Origin: Squalus acanthias
Lineage: Eukaryota
Direction: 5' to 3'
DNA: 64,000 nucleotides
Assembly (NCBI GenBank): GCA_030390025.1
Contig: CM059432.1
Span: forward strand, 97,714,001 to 97,778,000
A program made the translations under genes and the position numbers. The notes below the pieces were generated by a model, which was not told the origin of the DNA, did not search any database, and saw only the letters and a program-made list of their open reading frames with translations. Position 1 is the stretch's first letter, and each line of letters begins with the position of its first letter. Positions 36,921-50,898 of this stretch are shown piece by piece.

Positions 36921-39076
36921 GGAAGCTCAGACTTCTACCATCGTGGCTCTGAATACCACTTTTCAAAGGGGCTTCCAGGGCATCACAGCCAATAGCCTGT
37001 TCTCCAACAGATCAGTAGGATTGCTGAGGCACCGCCCTGGGAGAGTGGCAATGGCTCCATGGAACAGGAATCTGCTGTCCTCTCAGGATGACGGCATTCC
37101 TGGTCCCACCTCTGCCACTCCCCCAGTGCACTGTTGTTGCCTGTCACCCAGCCAGCCCAGACTGCTGCTGCACATGCCAAGGTGGTACAATCTGAAGCCG
37201 GACCCTCTAGGCCCAGAGCTGCTCGAGGTCGCCCTCAAAGGCCAAATGCATTCTCCTCAATTGAAGGTCAGCAGCCTTCCATCATCCATACTGCAGCCAC
37301 TGGGGAAGCACCTTGTAGGAGCAGGACAGGCAAAGGCATACGGAAGACAGGCACTAAAGGAATGCACAAGGGTGATTAGTTTCATGTTGTACGCATTAGT
37401 TAATGAGTGAATTCATAAAATTGGATTTGAATTTACATTTGCTGGTGGTTTTTATTTTTGTGTTTTCAGAAAGAGGACGATGTGATGGTCAGGTAAGGAG
37501 TGTGGACTGTTGGTGAATGGGGAGGTGTGGTTGAGGTTACTGGTATCGCTCATGAATAATGTGATCACTTAGAGCTTGGGCAGAAAGGAGCTATCTATGT
37601 TGTAGCCTCCCTTCCTCTTCCTATTCCTCCACTTTCTGTTGCTCTTCCCCCCTCCTCCTCCTCCTCTTCCTCGTGCTTCTTGCCTGATATGTGGTGGTAA
37701 GGGCTATTCCCTCATAATGGCCAGGTTATGCAGAATGGAGCAGACTATCACAAATCTTGATACCCATTCAGCTGAGTACTGCAGGGCTCCTCCAGGCAGT
37801 GGACGTATTGCTTGAGGATGCCGATGGTGTGCTCTATAATGTCCTTGTGGCAATATGGCTCTCATTGTAGGCCTGCTCTGCACGAGTGTGTGGGTTCTGG
37901 ACCGGAGTTATGAACCATATCATGAGGCAACCCAATAGCCAGCCTTTGACTTGCAATGCTGGTTCAAGCAGAGGTGGAACAGAGAACTGCCACAGATGAA
38001 ATAATCATGATTGCTGCCAGGATAATGGACATTCCCCTGCATGATGCATTACATGTGGTCACACACCAGCTGCACATTGAGGTAATGGAATCTCTTTTTG
38101 TTGATGAAAGTGGCTGAATTTATATGAGGAGCATGCAAGCCAATGTGTGTGCAGTCAATAGCACCCTGCACCTGAACCTCAGTGACATTCTTTATACAGC
38201 AGTGTACTGCAAACTGTGTGATGTTGCTTATATCTGCTTATAGCCTGAAAAGAACCAGACGCATAAAAATTAAGAGCCTCGGTCACCTTGACAGTCAAAG
38301 GCAATGCTATCCTTGCCCTGCTTTGAGGGTGCAGTTGTGGCTGCAGCAGTTGGCAGATTTCATTCACAACCTCTTTTGTGAAGTGAAGATGTCTCATGCA
38401 CTGGTCGTCACTGAAGTTGAGGTAAGAGAATTGCTCCCTATAGACCCACGGTGTATATGGCTTCCTGCTGAGGCTCCTTCTCCCCCTCCTCCTCCTCCCT
38501 TCTATAGCAGCTTGTCCTGCTCTGCGTGGCCTCTCTTCATTCTCCCAATCATGTTGAATTCCCAGAGGAAGCCCTACCAGGCCACCTATGTCTTGAAGCA
38601 ACTTCTTTCAGCTCAATATTTTAAATGACAAAAAACGTACTGCAAGACCAGCCAAACCACTCCCTGTAGAGTATTCAAACCTTAGCCAAGTATAGGAAAG
38701 CTCCAAAAATGCCTACAATTGCACCAGCAGCCTGAAGAAATAATCCAGCAACTAATCTGTAAGTAGCTCATGATTCCTTTTAATAGTGTTGGTGGGGGGT
38801 CCCTCATTCCGTTTAACATCGTGTTCAGCTGTGTGAGGTTAAAGCAAGGCATTGGCTGGTGTGTGGAGTTGGAAAATGGCAACGTTGGCTTCAAATCAAC
38901 ATTGCACACTAATTCGCGTCATCATCTCGCTGCTCTGCATGCTGCCGGTGGTCATGAGGTGCGTGTGCACAAATCCTCTTTACCAAGATGGTGTCCTGTG
39001 CACTTCCCATTTTCAAGTCTTAGTTGGCCACATAGCGCCTAAAAAACCGATGCTACACGTCCCAATTTATTCCCCC
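36921..39076. mobile_element. Decayed Harbinger (Myb-like 3' end +; HARBI1 - ~37540-38601)
   Basis: LPLTVKVTEALNFYASGSFQ, GAIDCTH; GGGGG-starting terminus on the minus strand. Confidence 0.8.
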
Positions 39077-39126
39077 TAGTGTCCAGGCAGCACTACTGAA
39101 ATAGAGGAACTGGTCATTCAGCTCAT

Positions 39127-39255
39127 TGCTCTTGTGGCATTACCTTTTTGCAATTTGGCTGTTGTGTTGCCTACATAACAATAATGTCTGCACTTCAAAA
39201 ATGCTGGGGTATGTTTCTCAGAGAGATGCACTAAGGTGCAATATAAATACAAAAC
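39127..39255 (+). mobile_element. Degraded DeuSINE (SacSINE1-like) 3' fragment
   Basis: Similar to 59381-59575. Confidence 0.55.
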
Positions 39256-39821
39256 TTTCTGTTTGGGTGGTAATTGAAGTTTATAAAGGTATCTGGGAGA
39301 ATCTGTGCCAAGAACTTCCTTGGGCCTTCTCCCACTTCACTGCCATAACTTTGGTAGAAGTTCGGTGGGAAACCCTTTTACAGTTGTGCTCACTTGTACC
39401 CTGTAGAGGCTGGAACTCCTCCACTCACTCAGTGTACCTGCCACCACTGCAATACTGGATCCCTGCTCTGGAGCAGGAGTGGAAACTCAGTCTCAGTGAG
39501 CCCCTTGCCTCTGGCTTTGGCCCCAGCCCATCATTTGCTTTGTAAGAGGCGACTTCTGGTGTAACTGAGTCTCCACCGATTTCTTGCCAGAGTTACGGTG
39601 GGTTAGAGGCAGAAAGTCCGTGGCCATTATAAATTATGCATTCTGGGGTGAAAATCTGCTGGGGTTCCATTTGTCTCCCATTATAATTACAACGGGGGAC
39701 TGGCAGAGTCACCAGGGAAGAACAAAAATTTGGTTTCGCTGGGTCTCCAACATTTCTGGGAATTTCCAATTTGACTTGCAAAGGGCGGAACTTCCTACTG
39801 CTTCTTAAAAGGCAAATGAGC

Positions 39822-40783
39822 CAGGCTCCAGGGCAGAACTGTTGCCAGGGGTGGGTCCAGGGTCCAGGGTGGAGCTGTAGCTAGGGGTGGGGCCAGGGTA
39901 TGGAGCCAGGGGTGGGGCCAGGGGTGTGGCCAGGGTCTGGGGCAGAGGTGGGGCCAGGGGTGGGGCTAGGGTCCAGGGCGGAGCTGTAGCCAGGGGTGGA
40001 GCCAGGGTATGGGGCAGAGCTGGGGCCAGGGTCTGGGGCAGAGGTGGGGCCAGGTGTGGGGCCAGGGTCTGGGGCAGAGGTGGGGCCAGGGGTGGGGCTA
40101 GGGTCCAGGGCGGAGCTGTAGCCAGGGGTGGGGCCAGGGTCTGGGGCAGAGCTGGGGCCAGGGTCTGGGGCAGAGGTGGGGACAGGGCTGGGGTCAGGGT
40201 CTGGGGCAGAGGTGGGGCCAGGGTCCGGGGCAGAGCTGTAGCTAGGGGTGGGGCCAGGGTCTGGGGCAGAGGTGTGGCAAAGCTGGGGACAGGGTCTGGG
40301 GCAGAGGTGGGGCCAGGGGTGGGGCTAGGGTTCAGGGCGGAGCTGTAGCCAGGGGTGGGGCCAGGGTCCAGGGCAGAGGTGGGGCCAGGGGTGGGGCTAG
40401 GGTCCAGGGCGGAGCTGTAGCCAGGGGTGGGGCCAGGGTCTGGGGCAGAGGTGGGGCCAGGATCTGGGGCAGAGGTGGGGCCAGGATCTGGGGCAGAGGT
40501 GGGGCCAGGGGTGGGGTCAGGGCTAAGGTCAGGGACGGGGTCAGGGCTGGGTTCAGAGGTGGGGGCCAGGGTCCGGGGCGGAGGTGGGGCCAGGGTCTGG
40601 GGCAGAGGTGGGGCCAGGGGTGGGGCTAGGGTCCAGGGCGGAGCTGTAGCCAGGGGTGGGGCCAGGGTCTGGGGCAGAGGTGGGCCAGGATCTGGGGCAG
40701 AGGTGGGGCCAGGGCTAAGGTCAGGGACGGGGTCAGGGCTGGGTTCAGAGGTGGGGGCCAGGGTCCGGGGCGGAGCTGGGACC
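39822..40783 (+). repeat. G-rich minisatellite built from 6/12/24-bp units
   Basis: GGGGCCAGGGTCTGGGGCAGAGGT and variants in tandem. Confidence 0.95.
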
Positions 40784-43096
40784 AGAGGGATGCAGTCTGT
40801 AAGCTGGGAATTCCCACTCTTGTTCCACGGTAGAGACCCGGCAAGCTCGGTGAGGTGAGGCATATCAACCTACGCAAGTGCACTTCTGGGTCGCATCGGT
40901 GAGTTCCACACCAGGCAAGTGACCAAGAATCCCCAAAATGTAATATTTTGCTTTACAATTCTGCCAGTTTGACCTCCTTGTTCAGGACTGATAGACAATT
41001 GCTGTGATTAGTGAGACTCTGATCATCCTCCCTTCTCCAAGAGTGGAACAAGGCTGGAGCTTACAGCAGCATGGGGCAGGCAAGTGCTCCAGATGCATCT
41101 GAAGTGCCTGCCTGCCTAATGAGGTGCCCTCCCGCTAACCCCGCAGAATGTATAGGAGTATTGGACGGGATCCCAGCTTAACCCCTAGTATTGTGAACCT
41201 AGCAATCTTGGAGTCTTTGCTAACCACTTCTCTGGAAAGCCCAATAATATATTAAAAGGTAAAAATACAGATTCTGAGAAATTAATGAAAAATTATTGAG
41301 CTGTGTCGGGCAGCCTGACTGATCCCTTTCTGCTGATCTCTCCACGATATGCTTTTTGATTCAATCTGCAGAATAACCTCTGTCACTTACATCACTTCCT
41401 TATTGTAAGACTTCAAGGTTACAAAACCCTGGCTCCCAGCTTTTTTTGTTGTTGTGCTTCATGTTATGTTCAGAGTACTTTGAATTCCGGTGTTTCCGTG
41501 GTGGACAATCTACCAGAAAATATTGTATTGCTGCAGAAATTACCTGCCTCCACAGATCAATCAGAAAACTTGACACCCAAACTGGAGCAAGCAGCAAGCA
41601 AAGCTGAGTGACATGCACTCTGCGTCTTCTTATGCAACAGCAGGCATGATGCTATAGTTCATTATCGGCCTCCTGTTGGATTGGGTCAAGAGTTCAAAGA
41701 AACCTAGCCAGGGCAGCCTGTCGGCATCCAGATGATGGAGAAATCTGTCAGAAACATCAACACCTTCAAATCATAACTGCTCAAAAAAAAACAGCAGTCT
41801 GTGTGGCAGCTGGTGATCGGTCTAAACTCTGCAGTAACTTCCCTGCTACGGCTCTTTCAGAACAGCAACTTGTGTCGGAAAAAGAATTGAACTACTGTGC
41901 AATTCTGTTTTATTTTCCCGCCGTACAATCAGGAAATTCTTTTTTCCCGGCAGATTCTTGGAGACTGTGGTTACTTTGTCGGGTATTCACATGTATTTAT
42001 ACAGTGTGTATGTCATTATAACACACAAGGGTAGAGAATCCAACAGTTAAAAAAAAATGAATTATTCCCTTCGAGTCAGTGAATAAAGATGGCGGGTGCA
42101 GCATGCTGCTTCAGTTAGGATGAAAATAGAAAGTCTTGACGAATTGTTGTAGCATAATATTAAATTATAACTATTATAGACACTGATTTAGACAGTCATT
42201 TCTGAAACATAAAGCAGCAATTGCCTCCTGTAGGTTTCAGCTCTTGAGGAATAATTTTCAAGCAGACAAATTACATTTTCTGTGTGTTAGAGGGTGATCA
42301 GTTGACAAACAGAATTCATCAAGTATATTTTGAGCCAATTTTGCATTGGTGCTTAGAGAGTAAAATTCGGGAGATTTATATGACTCCCTCTGACATTAAT
42401 GCATTCGATGTTGCTGGGTTTGTGAAAACACCTGCATTGCATGTCACAGTACTAAGGAATTTAGCCAATTATTTGTCATGGGATTGGTGATTTGTTAATG
42501 GATTAAAATATTTTAGTTTGAAAAAAAATGCATTGATCTGTGGACTATTTCGGTGCAGCTTACATGATGCTTGATACCAGCAGGGTTCTTTAACAGACGC
42601 TATCAGACTGTACTTGCTAGATATATAGTGCAGTTTAATGATGAAAATGTTAACAATCTTTCATATACTACAATTAGTGAAAAATTCATAAATAGCATCA
42701 AATTTTAACATTTTCAATAGATTGACATAGATATCATTACTACTGTCATGTAAAACTGTTGGACTATAACCTGGTGTTGTGCGACTTCTCATTACTGTCA
42801 TGTAAGTATGCTAAATAAATCTATACAAGACAGTTATAAATTTATATGGCAAAACAACCAAATACTTGATAACACATCTTGAAGCAATAGCAACTGCTAT
42901 GCCTAAAGATAATTATTTTGGTATAATGCTATGGAAGTCTCTTCCCAGTCAGTTGCTAAGAAACAACATGTTGCTGGAATGTAATTAGAATAGATCAATG
43001 ATTTGCTTTCAAAAGTCACACTCTGCATGCTCAAGCATCTGTAATTAAATTATGCGTAAAAGGAATTCAAACTATGAATTGCCGTTGAATGCACAG

Positions 43097-43112
43097 ACAC
43101 TAGATGGCAGTA
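43097..43112 (+). promoter_or_regulatory. Candidate CTCF site
   Basis: ACACTAGATGGCAGTA matches the CTCF core CCACYAGRKGGCR apart from the first base. Confidence 0.4.
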
Positions 43113-44934
43113 TTTAACAATAAATTAAATTCTATGTCCCTTCTGAAATGCAACGGAAATTTGAAGAGCAAAAATCTTCATATGTAAAACTGCCACAATA
43201 ACATGATTTAAACACACTAACATGAAGAATATTGCATTTTTTTGAAAGATAGTCATTTTTAATATTTGCGGAGAGGCCTGGTATTCTGCTAGTTTAAAAT
43301 GACTGGTTGGTGATGCGCTTCACAAGGCATGTGCTACACCTATTTTCTTCATCAGCATTTCACGTCATGCAACAATGAAAAACAAAACAATGCACTACTG
43401 ATTATCCTCATTCATCATATTAGTATCTACAGTACAATAAAAACACAGTTTGTCAATAACAATGCAAGTCCCTGACTCTCCTCAGTGACCATCCCTTGCT
43501 TACCCGAATTACTCATGATTCTTGTCTCACTGTACTATACCTCAGTGGTTTCTGCTGATCTATTCCTCTCATTCTGACTCTGTGGCTCCACTCATGCTAT
43601 CTTCTTGTTTATGCTAACCCAGTTTACATTCAACATGATAAATGATAGCCTTTCTACACTAGTACGATTTCAAGCCGGAAGAATAGCTGAGAAGGAAATA
43701 TAAAAGAAACCTTGATAATAACGTAGGAATCATCAGAATGTGGTGTATATTTTAATCAATGTAACTATTTTTAATAGATAATATTGTTCTTGAAATTCTA
43801 ATAAAAATGTGCCATGTATTTGCTTTTTAAATGTAATCCCAAGATTGAAACATACCATAATATAAGTACTTCCAATATTGGTGTAAAAATTATAATCACA
43901 CTCTGGCTGTGAGCATATCCTGTATTTCAAGAGGTATCCTTTAGGGAAAGGGAGTTATCTCACACAGACAAAAACACACAAACATACATACACAAACATA
44001 TATAAACACATACTCTCACATTCTGTATCTCTACTCACAAACTCCTCACATATGTTAGAGATAAAAGTCCCCAATTTCACCAGGAGCCATTGGTGCAGAG
44101 CCTCACTCATAAAACCAGGCACATGATTCACAGTGACCCGGAGTTTCCAACCAGCACTTTTGGTGGGTGAGAGGGGGCTGTTCGACTGGCAAACAAAAGC
44201 CTCATTTCTATAACAGCATTATTCACGTTGGGTCTCAAGCCAAATGTCACAAAGTTTGCCTGAGCTGCATCGCATGATTGAACCTCACACGTAAAATGGG
44301 CAAAGGACTGTTTCTCGGGCCTGGCATGCTTTAGTTCTCTTCGTGAAGCTAAGTTGTTGTTTGGATAATTGAGCTTGAAAGTTGCCTTTATTGTGAGTTT
44401 GTATTTCAGTACTTGCGCATTTTGTATTTAGCATTTTTTTATTCCTGCCTGTATCTTTTGCCATCTTTGCAAAAATCTTTGTTTTGCATCCAAGACTTTC
44501 CTGCAGTTTTTTTCCCTTGCTGCTGCTTTGGAACTTGCAGCTAACAGAGTGCTGAGAATGGGAATCCAGTTGGGTTCTCATTGCGCTGTATGAGTTAGAT
44601 GAGGAGGACAATTTCATGAGATAGTAACACTTCAGGAAGTATCTGCACATCCATCAATAGCCCGGACATTCATACCAGACCCATCTTTGCTTCCTCCGCT
44701 TAACTAGAAAGGCTATTGTAAAACTACACCATCTGCTCCAGGCTGACCTGCAGACAACTTCAGAATCTGGCATGGTTCTTCACGTAGCTATCATCAGTTT
44801 GTTAAGCTTCGATGCTACAAGATTCTTCCAGGTCACTGCATTGGAGATCTATCAAATCAGCCAGGGAGCTATACTTAGATGACTAAAGCAAATGGCAAAT
44901 ACCTTGTTTTCCAGGGGAAAGAGCTCGGTAAACT

Positions 44935-46161
44935 TTCCCTGTCAGCACGGATTTGTTAAACGGCAAATTGTGTTTGACTAACTTGATCGAGTTCTTTGAT
45001 GAAGTAACGGAGAGGGTTGATGAGGGTAGTGTGTTGATGTTGAGTATATGGACTTTTAAAAAGTGTTCGATAAAGAACCACTTGTTAGCTATATTGAAGC
45101 CCATGGGATTAAATGGGCAGTGGCAGCGTGGATACGAAATTGGCTAAGGGATGTAGTGGTGATCGGTTGTTTTTCAGACTGGAGGGATGTGTACTGTGGT
45201 GTCCCCCAGGGCTCTTTTTGATATATATTAATGACTTGGACTTGGGTATACAGGGCATAATTTCATATTTTGCGGATAACACAAAACTCGGAAATGTAAT
45301 AAACAGTGAGGAGGATTGTAAGAGACTTCAGACAGACTGGTGAAATGGGCAGACACATGGCAGATGAAATTTAACGCAGAGAAGTGTGAAGTGATTCATT
45401 TTGGTAGGAAGAATAAGGAGAGGCAATATAACTAAATGGTACAATTTTAAAGGGGGTGCAGGAACAGAGAGACCTGGGTGTATACGCAGACAAGTCTTTG
45501 AAGGTGGCAGGACAAGTTGAGAAGACTGTTAAAAAGGCATATGGGATCCTTGGCTTTATAAAAAGAGGCATAGAGTACAAAAGTAAGGAAGTTATGCTAA
45601 ACCTTTATAAATCACTGGTTAGGCACTAGCTGGAGTATTGTGTCCAATTCTGGGCTCCACACTTTAGGAAGGATGTCAAGGGCCTTAGGGAGGCTGCAGA
45701 GGAGATTTACTAGAATGGTTTCAGGGATTCAGTTACATGGAGAGACTAGAGAAACTGGGGTTGTTCTCCTTAGAGCAGAGAAGGTTAAGGGGAGATTTGA
45801 TAGAGGTGTTCAAAATCATGAAGGGTTCTGATAGAGTAAGTAAGGAGAAACAATTTCCAGTAGCAGAAGGGTCGGTAACTAGAGGACACAGATTTAAGGT
45901 AATTGGCAAAAGAACCAGAGGCAACATGACGAAAAAAATTTTTATGTGGCAAGTTGTTATGATCTGGAATTCATTGCCTGAAAGGGTGGTGGAAGCAGAT
46001 TCAATAATAACTTTCAAAAGGGAAATGGATAAATACTGCTGGGCTATGGGGAAAAAGCAGAGGCGTGGGACTAATTGGATAGCTCTTTCAAAACGCTGGC
46101 ACAGACACAATGGACCGAACGGCCTCCTTCTGTGCTGTATCATTCTATGATTCTATGATTT
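44935..46161 (+). mobile_element. Decayed CR1
   Basis: CLTNLIEFFDEVT, LEQRRLRGDL; TTCTATGA tail. Confidence 0.92.
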
Positions 46162-46414
46162 CATGAACTGGACAGTGCATTGAAACTTTTTTCATCTGGC
46201 AGCTTCCCAAGAGGTTAGGGTGTTATAGGTGATGCCATGTGGCCAGTCCACATCCATCCTGTGTGAGGTCATTGCAATAAGCAATTCAGAGAACATGTTA
46301 TGCATTTCAGTGCAATCTATTTGTGTGCATCACTAGAAATGTGCCCAGGTCCTTTTCAAAGATTTAATTTTGTTGACGCAGAATGCTGAAGCCATGGAGC
46401 AAAACTAAATTTTG

Positions 46415-48697
46415 TGGGCTAAAAACTCGGGTCTTTATGCCACCCCTATACCAGTAAAAAATTGTGAATAGAGGGCGGCTGCCACTCTTTCGCCAGCTGG
46501 TGGCGGGTCCCGTGGCTTCCTCCATTTTCCTAGGCCTGGCAGCGCTGCTCGTAAGATCCAACATCCTGCAAATTAAAATGAGGGAGCGGTGACGTCAATC
46601 GGCGTGTAACGCCAACTTAATGTCACCACGGCGAAGTTGGACCTTTGCGCTGAGTTCAGTGCTGGTTACTAAGCTCGCCATGTAAACCCAGCATGTAAGC
46701 AGACTCATAGAGGCGCTGTCAGCACCTCTTAAAGGGACACACACATCTTTCAGGTATGTCTGCATGTAAGCTTTTGGACTGGTTTTTTTTGATTTTAATG
46801 AAGTAGTGGCTTGTTGCAATAGATGTTAAAAGTTTTTTTTAAGTGTGTAGGGAGTACTGCTGGACACATGCAAGGCTTTGGATGGTAAAGGAAGGCCTCT
46901 GAGAAGACAGAAAATGCTTCAAATACTCAGCAGGTCAGGCAACATCCATGGAGAGAGAAACAGAGTTCACGTCTCAGGTCAAGATGCTGCCTGATCTGCT
47001 GAGTAATTCCAGCATTTTATGCTGTCATTTCAGATTTACAGCATCCACTCGCAGAGGGAAGAGGAAGACACAGGAGAGAAAGGAACAGAAGAAGAAGAAG
47101 CCGAAGAGGAGGAAACAGAAGTGGAGCAAGCAGAAGGGGGGAAACAGAAGAGGAGGAAGAACAGGAGGAGAAAGCAGAAGAGGAGGAAGCAGAAGGAAGA
47201 ATGCAACTCAGACAGCCCATTTCTGGCTGGGATATCCGGGATGGAATCATCCGCCTGCGGTACCAGTGACCACAACCCCAATTCCCCTTTCAACATTAGT
47301 CCCACATCTTCCCTTCCCTCTGATACTGACCATCTCAGCGTCCTCTTGGCTATGATGCTGAAATAAAAGCCACCACAAAGCAAACTTGCCAATCCAACTT
47401 TATGCATCTATCCATCCAATATGACATCAAGAAATCAACTCATTACCCTTATGCATTCTCTTAGTGACTGTCTTGTGTGTGCTTTTGCCTATCCTACTGA
47501 TGTCATGCAGTGCTACCCCAATGGCTGCAGCATGGCTGGTGGAAGGCTGCTGACTTTCAGTGGGGGACACTGCAAATGGCCTTGCTGGTCGACCTTGAAG
47601 AGCTGATGGCTGGGAGTGTCAAATCAAGTGTGGTGTCTCTTCTTCATCTTCTTCTCCTTCTTCCTCTTCTTCTTCTGGCTGGGCAGGCTGAATTTCTTGG
47701 GTGTGTGAAATGAGGAAGGCACAAGGGTGGAGTTGTGGTGAGGGAGGGCAGGAAAGCAAGGGGTGCATGCCAGAAGGAGGATAACGTATGAGGATACCAG
47801 CATCTTGTATCCTTTCAGCCATGCCCCTGCCAAGAATGGCCTGCACCATCTCCTCCAAGGGAATGGGAGATGTGCCTCATGATTGGTACAGATTGTTGGT
47901 AGGTGAGTGATTGATGGGGGGAGTCGTGCATTCAGCAGTGTGTGAGGCTAGTGGTGCAGTTGGTAGGAGACGGCTTTTGAAGTTGCATTCACTGACCTTG
48001 ACCAGTGGTCTGAGGTCATGAAGCTTCTTTGGGCACTGGAGCCAGGTGGTGGGGGCGACATTGCTGGCAGTGACGGTCTCAGTGATGTGGTCCCACATCA
48101 TTCTTTCTGTAGGGCCTCCTGGCCCCTGTGGGTAGAGGACGTCTCTTGCAGTGTTGACCCACTGCACAAAGCTGGAGTGCTGCGTGCGAGACCCTGGGTG
48201 CCCCTTCCCTGGCTTGCTGAGCCATTTGTGTTAGTGCTGAAAAACTTTTCCCATTTTTTGAGGTTCGGAAGGGAATTCAGCTTTTGAGTGCTGAAGACTC
48301 CCATTTAGGAATTCTTTTTAAAGTTAATTTTTTTTAAGGCAGTAAGGGCTGAAAACTGGATTTTTTCACTTCATTTTTAGTGTTATTACTTCAGAAGGTA
48401 TTGTCCTTTTAATACATTGCCCTTTTAATTACCCACAATTCCTAGCGAACTCCATAGCCTCGTTTTCAGAGGCTGTTAGAAGCTGGAACGCCGCTTCAAG
48501 ACGGGAACTTCGACTCCCATAGCTGCACTGACGCCACCAGGAGGGCATTACATGGTAAGTTAGCGCTGGGTTAAAAATCTTTACCACCCCCCCAGCATGA
48601 ATTTTTCCCTGGAAGCGTTTCATTCATTTTCAGCAGCCGTTAACCCAAGTTGCCAGAGACAGCGGCAACTCTCATGGCAGCCACAAATTTTTCCCCG
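46415..48697. mobile_element. Non-autonomous Harbinger derivative
   Basis: Myb exon on - (WLQCPKKLHDL..VK|gtcagt); only the Glu-rich HARBI1 tail remains. Confidence 0.65.
46905..47046. repeat. Inverted pair of Penelope pLTR-like fragments
   Basis: Both arms match 26172-26260 (GATGCTGCCTGACCTGCTGAGT). Confidence 0.75.
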
Positions 48698-48810
48698 TGT
48701 TTCCCTACATTACAGCAGTGACTACACTTCAAAACGACTTCATTTGCTTTGAAGCGTTTTGGGACATCCTGAGGTCATGAAAGGCATTACATGAATGCAA
48801 TTTTTTTCTT
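48698..48810 (+). mobile_element. DeuSINE 3' fragment
   Basis: CCTACATTACAGCAGTGACTACACTTCAAAA...GTCATGAAAGGC. Confidence 0.7.
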
Positions 48811-50016
48811 TCCAAAGTGTAGCTGGAGGAACAGGGATATCAAGTGCGAGTATGAGGAATGATGCCGCAGGAATAGGAGGTGGATGCTGGATTGAATGTG
48901 AGGCTTCTCTTTTTATTCTAAGTGATGTGGAGTAATTGGATGTTCAGGGAGAGGAGGCAGTTCTGTACTGCTGTGGGGAAATAGGTGTTTGTAGCTCAGG
49001 AAATGGCTGGGCAAATGGTTTCAGCAGCTGTCAAAGGGATTTGTAGTTGTTCGTCCTTGTCTGTCTCCAAATAACCTGCAATGCAATAGGGCAGGTGGCA
49101 GAGTACTAATCATTGCCTCCATTTCCAAGTGTAAAATATTAATACCGTTCTGCAGAAAGTACAGAGGCAGCAATATCATTCTTTTAATTCAAAAAGCCAA
49201 AAAACAAAGACCTTTCTTGGTAATAGCAGACTGTCCCTTAAGATAGATAGTGCCTAAACCACAACGCTGGAATCAATAGCACCAGGTTGTCATGGGAGCA
49301 GTTTGCACAAGAAGTCCATTACCTTAGGAAGAACCATGCAAAGTTTAGCCAGCCTGCCTGCCTCAGTCCTGACACAGGCATGCATGCTGCATGAGTGAGT
49401 GCCACCGCCCTCCCCTTGCTTTTGCTGGTCTGGCACAATGGCGGCTATAGACTTCCGTGCTTAAGCTCCATCATCCATTCTCCCTTCATTCTAATTTACA
49501 CATCAGACACTGTCTTATCTGCAGCTCAATGTCACCCATGCTGGTTACAAGCTCCTGAATGGTTCTACGAAACAGCTATTCATAATTACCTGTTCATGCA
49601 AGAAAATATCATTCCCAAAATGATTCGCTCTTTACACGCAATATGAGTAAGTCAATTATTCAATTTTAATTTAAATCGAAAAAGCAACAGATGTCAATGG
49701 TGAAGGAATAATGTTTGGCTAATGAGTTTGTATAAAGTTGGGAATGATGGCACCAGAATGTGTCTATCTGTGTGTAACCCTTTCATCACAGATCAGAGTT
49801 CAATTACAGGATATATTCCTAGGTGGATCATAACATTATTATAATCGCAAATACAATAAATAATGAAAGCTCTGATTATATTCTAGTACATTTGGATGCA
49901 TTTAAATAATAAGAAACAAAATGACCTTCCTGGTTCATTGCAGTTTAGGCCTCAACCCCAGGTGGGACCCACATGTTCCCTTTGGTGGGGCAATATGCCT
50001 CTCCTCACTGGGCATA

Positions 50017-50235
50017 CCAACAACAACAACTTGTATTTATATAGCACCTTTAACGTAGTAAAACATCCCAAGACGCTTCACAGAAGCTTTATAAAACAAA
50101 ATTTGACACCGAGCCGCATAAGGCGATTTAAGGAGCGTCTTAAAGGAGGAAAGAGAGGTAGAGAGGCGGAGAGATTTAGGAAGGGACTTCTAAAGCTTAG
50201 GGCCTAGGCAGCTGAAGGCACGGCCACCAATGATG
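50017..50235 (-). mobile_element. L2-like LINE 3' end
   Basis: RAFSCLGPKL-type ORF2 end; GTGCTATATAAATACAAG(TTG)n tail on -. Confidence 0.65.
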
Positions 50236-50898
50236 GCTGCCCCTCCGACTGAGAGGTCAGGCATGCTGATGTTGGGAGGCCCCGGCTATCGCTTAGCAAA
50301 CAGAGGAGACGGGATCTGATAGCTGAGTGCTTTTAGCAAATAAACACTGAGAAACCAAATAAAGTTCCATACCTGACATGTTTCTCCTCACCTTCACAAC
50401 TGCCTCACAAAAATTTGCATTCCCAGTGGCTCTGTACCTTGCCTCCTTAATACAGAAGTCACACTCTTCGTGGCTCATCATCCAAGTCAACTAAGTTGCA
50501 AACATCCAGAGAAATGAACATTGGAGTCTATGTGGTTGAACAATTTTTGCTTTCCACAACAAAATTGAGCAAAAGGTTCCAATAATTTCTACACTCTAAC
50601 AACAATTATTTAGTAACATCATGTCTACTCTTTGTGCCAACTACTATACTTGCTCTACCTCCTAATCTACTACTGAGTGATGCAAGTTGGGTGGCTGGGA
50701 GGATTCTGCTGGAAATTTTCGACGCAAGTCTTTCTTTTAATTCTTTCTTATTTTTGCGGACTGAGGTGACTCTCATCTTAGTGAAACTGTCTTTGCTTCT
50801 GGTTACCATTCTCTTGCATTGTCAGGGGGAATTAGGCCCATATCTGAAGTTTCCTCATGGGCTGGAATTGCAGTGCACCTTAAAGAAGTTGCCACATT

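Noticed and set aside
39805..40863. 352-aa Pro-rich ORF and Gly/Arg-rich ORFs on the opposite strand
   Set aside because: By-product of a stop-free minisatellite with unit lengths divisible by 3.
44285..44650. 121-aa ORF as a host exon
   Set aside because: No recognisable domain or supported splice structure.
46948..47407. Glu/Lys-rich ORFs
   Set aside because: Low-complexity purine tract at the end of a decayed HARBI1.
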